A DNA stretch of 63,957 nt, the filler included, from Elsinoe ampelina (taxonomy: Eukaryota): the NCBI GenBank assembly GCA_010093995.1. It is 5 parts of 4 records of this genome, joined end to end, with 100 filler letters (N's around TTAATTAATTAA, not from the genome) between each part and the next. Parts side by side here need not be neighbours in the genome. Positions count along the whole stretch, not along the records: positions 60,484 to 63,957 come from ML992607.1; 4 more parts are not named here. The stretch is one strand, 5' to 3'. The notes beneath the pieces are model-generated. The model worked only from the letters and a program-made list of their open reading frames with translations, made no database searches and was not told where the DNA came from. The translations under genes were made by a program, and so were the position numbers. How positions within the stretch are numbered: position 1 is the first letter of the stretch; every line of letters begins with the position of its first letter. Shown here piece by piece: positions 62,827-63,957 of the stretch.

Positions 62827-63957
62827 GTGTAACTATTAGATTAGGGTTAGGGTAGCCGAAGGCTAACCCCGGTGCTAGTATAGAGCTATTCTTAGTAGGT
62901 TAGTACCTAGTGCTAAACTAAATAGCACTAGCTCCGTACTCTACTATATTAGTACTAGTACTAGTACTACGCCGAGCTATACTAGTACTAGTACTATACC
63001 GTAGTTAAGTAAGAATAGTACTATACTATAATAGCGCTATACTACACTACGATAGTACTATACTAAATTAGCACTAGAGTTAAATTCTAGTATTATACTA
63101 TATTATAGTACTATACCTTAGTTAGGCTTTAAGGTAACTATAGTTACTATACTATACTTTAGTATTGTAATAAGTCTATAGAAAGAAAATTTAATAGTCT
63201 AGTCTATATAAAAATACATCTACCTATTTCTTATAGTCTATTCTTATAGTATTATAGAGGAAAGGTCTTACTAATTAGAGAAAGTAAGTAAGTAGTACTT
63301 ATTATAATATTTCCTAGTAAGCTAAAAGTCTTTCTATATAATAGTATAACACTTAGTATAGATAGTGTTAAGATTATAGTCTACTATAGTTGTTAGTATA
63401 AGGTATTATATATTCTAAATACATAGTTAATATACCTTCGAAATATTCTACTAGTATTGCCTTACTTACTTCTTAGAGATACTTAATAGTATCTAGTGTA
63501 AAGTATAAATCTCTACTTATAAGTATTAACTTAATATCTTACGTAATGTTATAAATAACATAGGAGAAAGAGAGCTTATATATAAGAAGTTTAGTTGTCT
63601 TTTAGTAGTAATAAATCTCTCGGAGAGTAATAGCTATACTATATTAGATATAAGACTATAAGAATTTACTATAAGAAACTAACTACCTAGCTTAAACCTA
63701 TAGCTCTTTACCTAGCGAATTTGTCTAGTTAATACTAGTCTAAATTTTATTACGTAACTACCTATAGTAGGCTTTTTAGTAGCGGTTTTCTTAGCGCCTT
63801 ACTTCCTTAGCTTTACCTTTTTTAGAGGTGTTACTTACTTCTTATAAGCTATAGCTATATAAATTTGTTAAATTAATTATTAAAATTTATTTATAAAGGT
63901 AAAGAAGAGTAAGGCAAAAATACTAAGAGTAAGATATTAAGCCTTATTAAGAAATTT
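62827..63957. mobile_element. Unclassified RIP'd element inserted into Gypsy A3 (terminus with hairpin and short subterminal repeats)
   Basis: Sharp junction at 62826/62827. It has (TTAGGG)2 at 62841-62852, a tagcc-GAA-ggcta minihairpin at 62853-62865, and many tagtac/tagcac units at ~62870-63120. No domain was recognised. Confidence 0.5.

Noticed and set aside
62841..62852. Telomere
   Set aside because: Only two TTAGGG units, internal to the sequence.

Overview
This is a genomic window from a filamentous ascomycete (Pezizomycotina; no finer taxon can be justified). About 80% of it is AT-rich, TpA-saturated DNA degraded by Repeat-Induced Point mutation (RIP), surrounding one ~11 kb island of six intact genes (49.1-60.2 kb): FacC/Yat1-type carnitine acetyltransferase, RAD57, a microbial expansin-like protein, POP8, ESS2/DGCR14 and a branched-chain aminotransferase. 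The RIP'd flanks contain nested LTR retrotransposons: three copies of chromoviral Gypsy family A, two of Gypsy family B and two Copia remnants. Four observations stand out. (1) A 16 kb RIP'd block (18.4-34.7 kb) is made of intron-containing, non-transposase genes, including a SNF2-family helicase and an internal duplicated module, and may be a relic of a giant cargo-carrying element. (2) Both Gypsy B copies carry an antisense ORF that reconstructs to a Zn2Cys6-spaced cluster plus coiled coil. (3) The 415-nt intron of the aminotransferase contains a structured RNA core between G-rich and C-rich arms. (4) A 27-bp palindrome is shared by Gypsy and Copia pol regions. The window also has assembly artefacts: four artificial 100-bp N/TTAATTAATTAA linkers, a 680-N gap and an exact 3 kb duplication. 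Adjacency across these gaps is unproven. All translations of RIP'd DNA were done by eye and 'de-RIP' readings are inferences.
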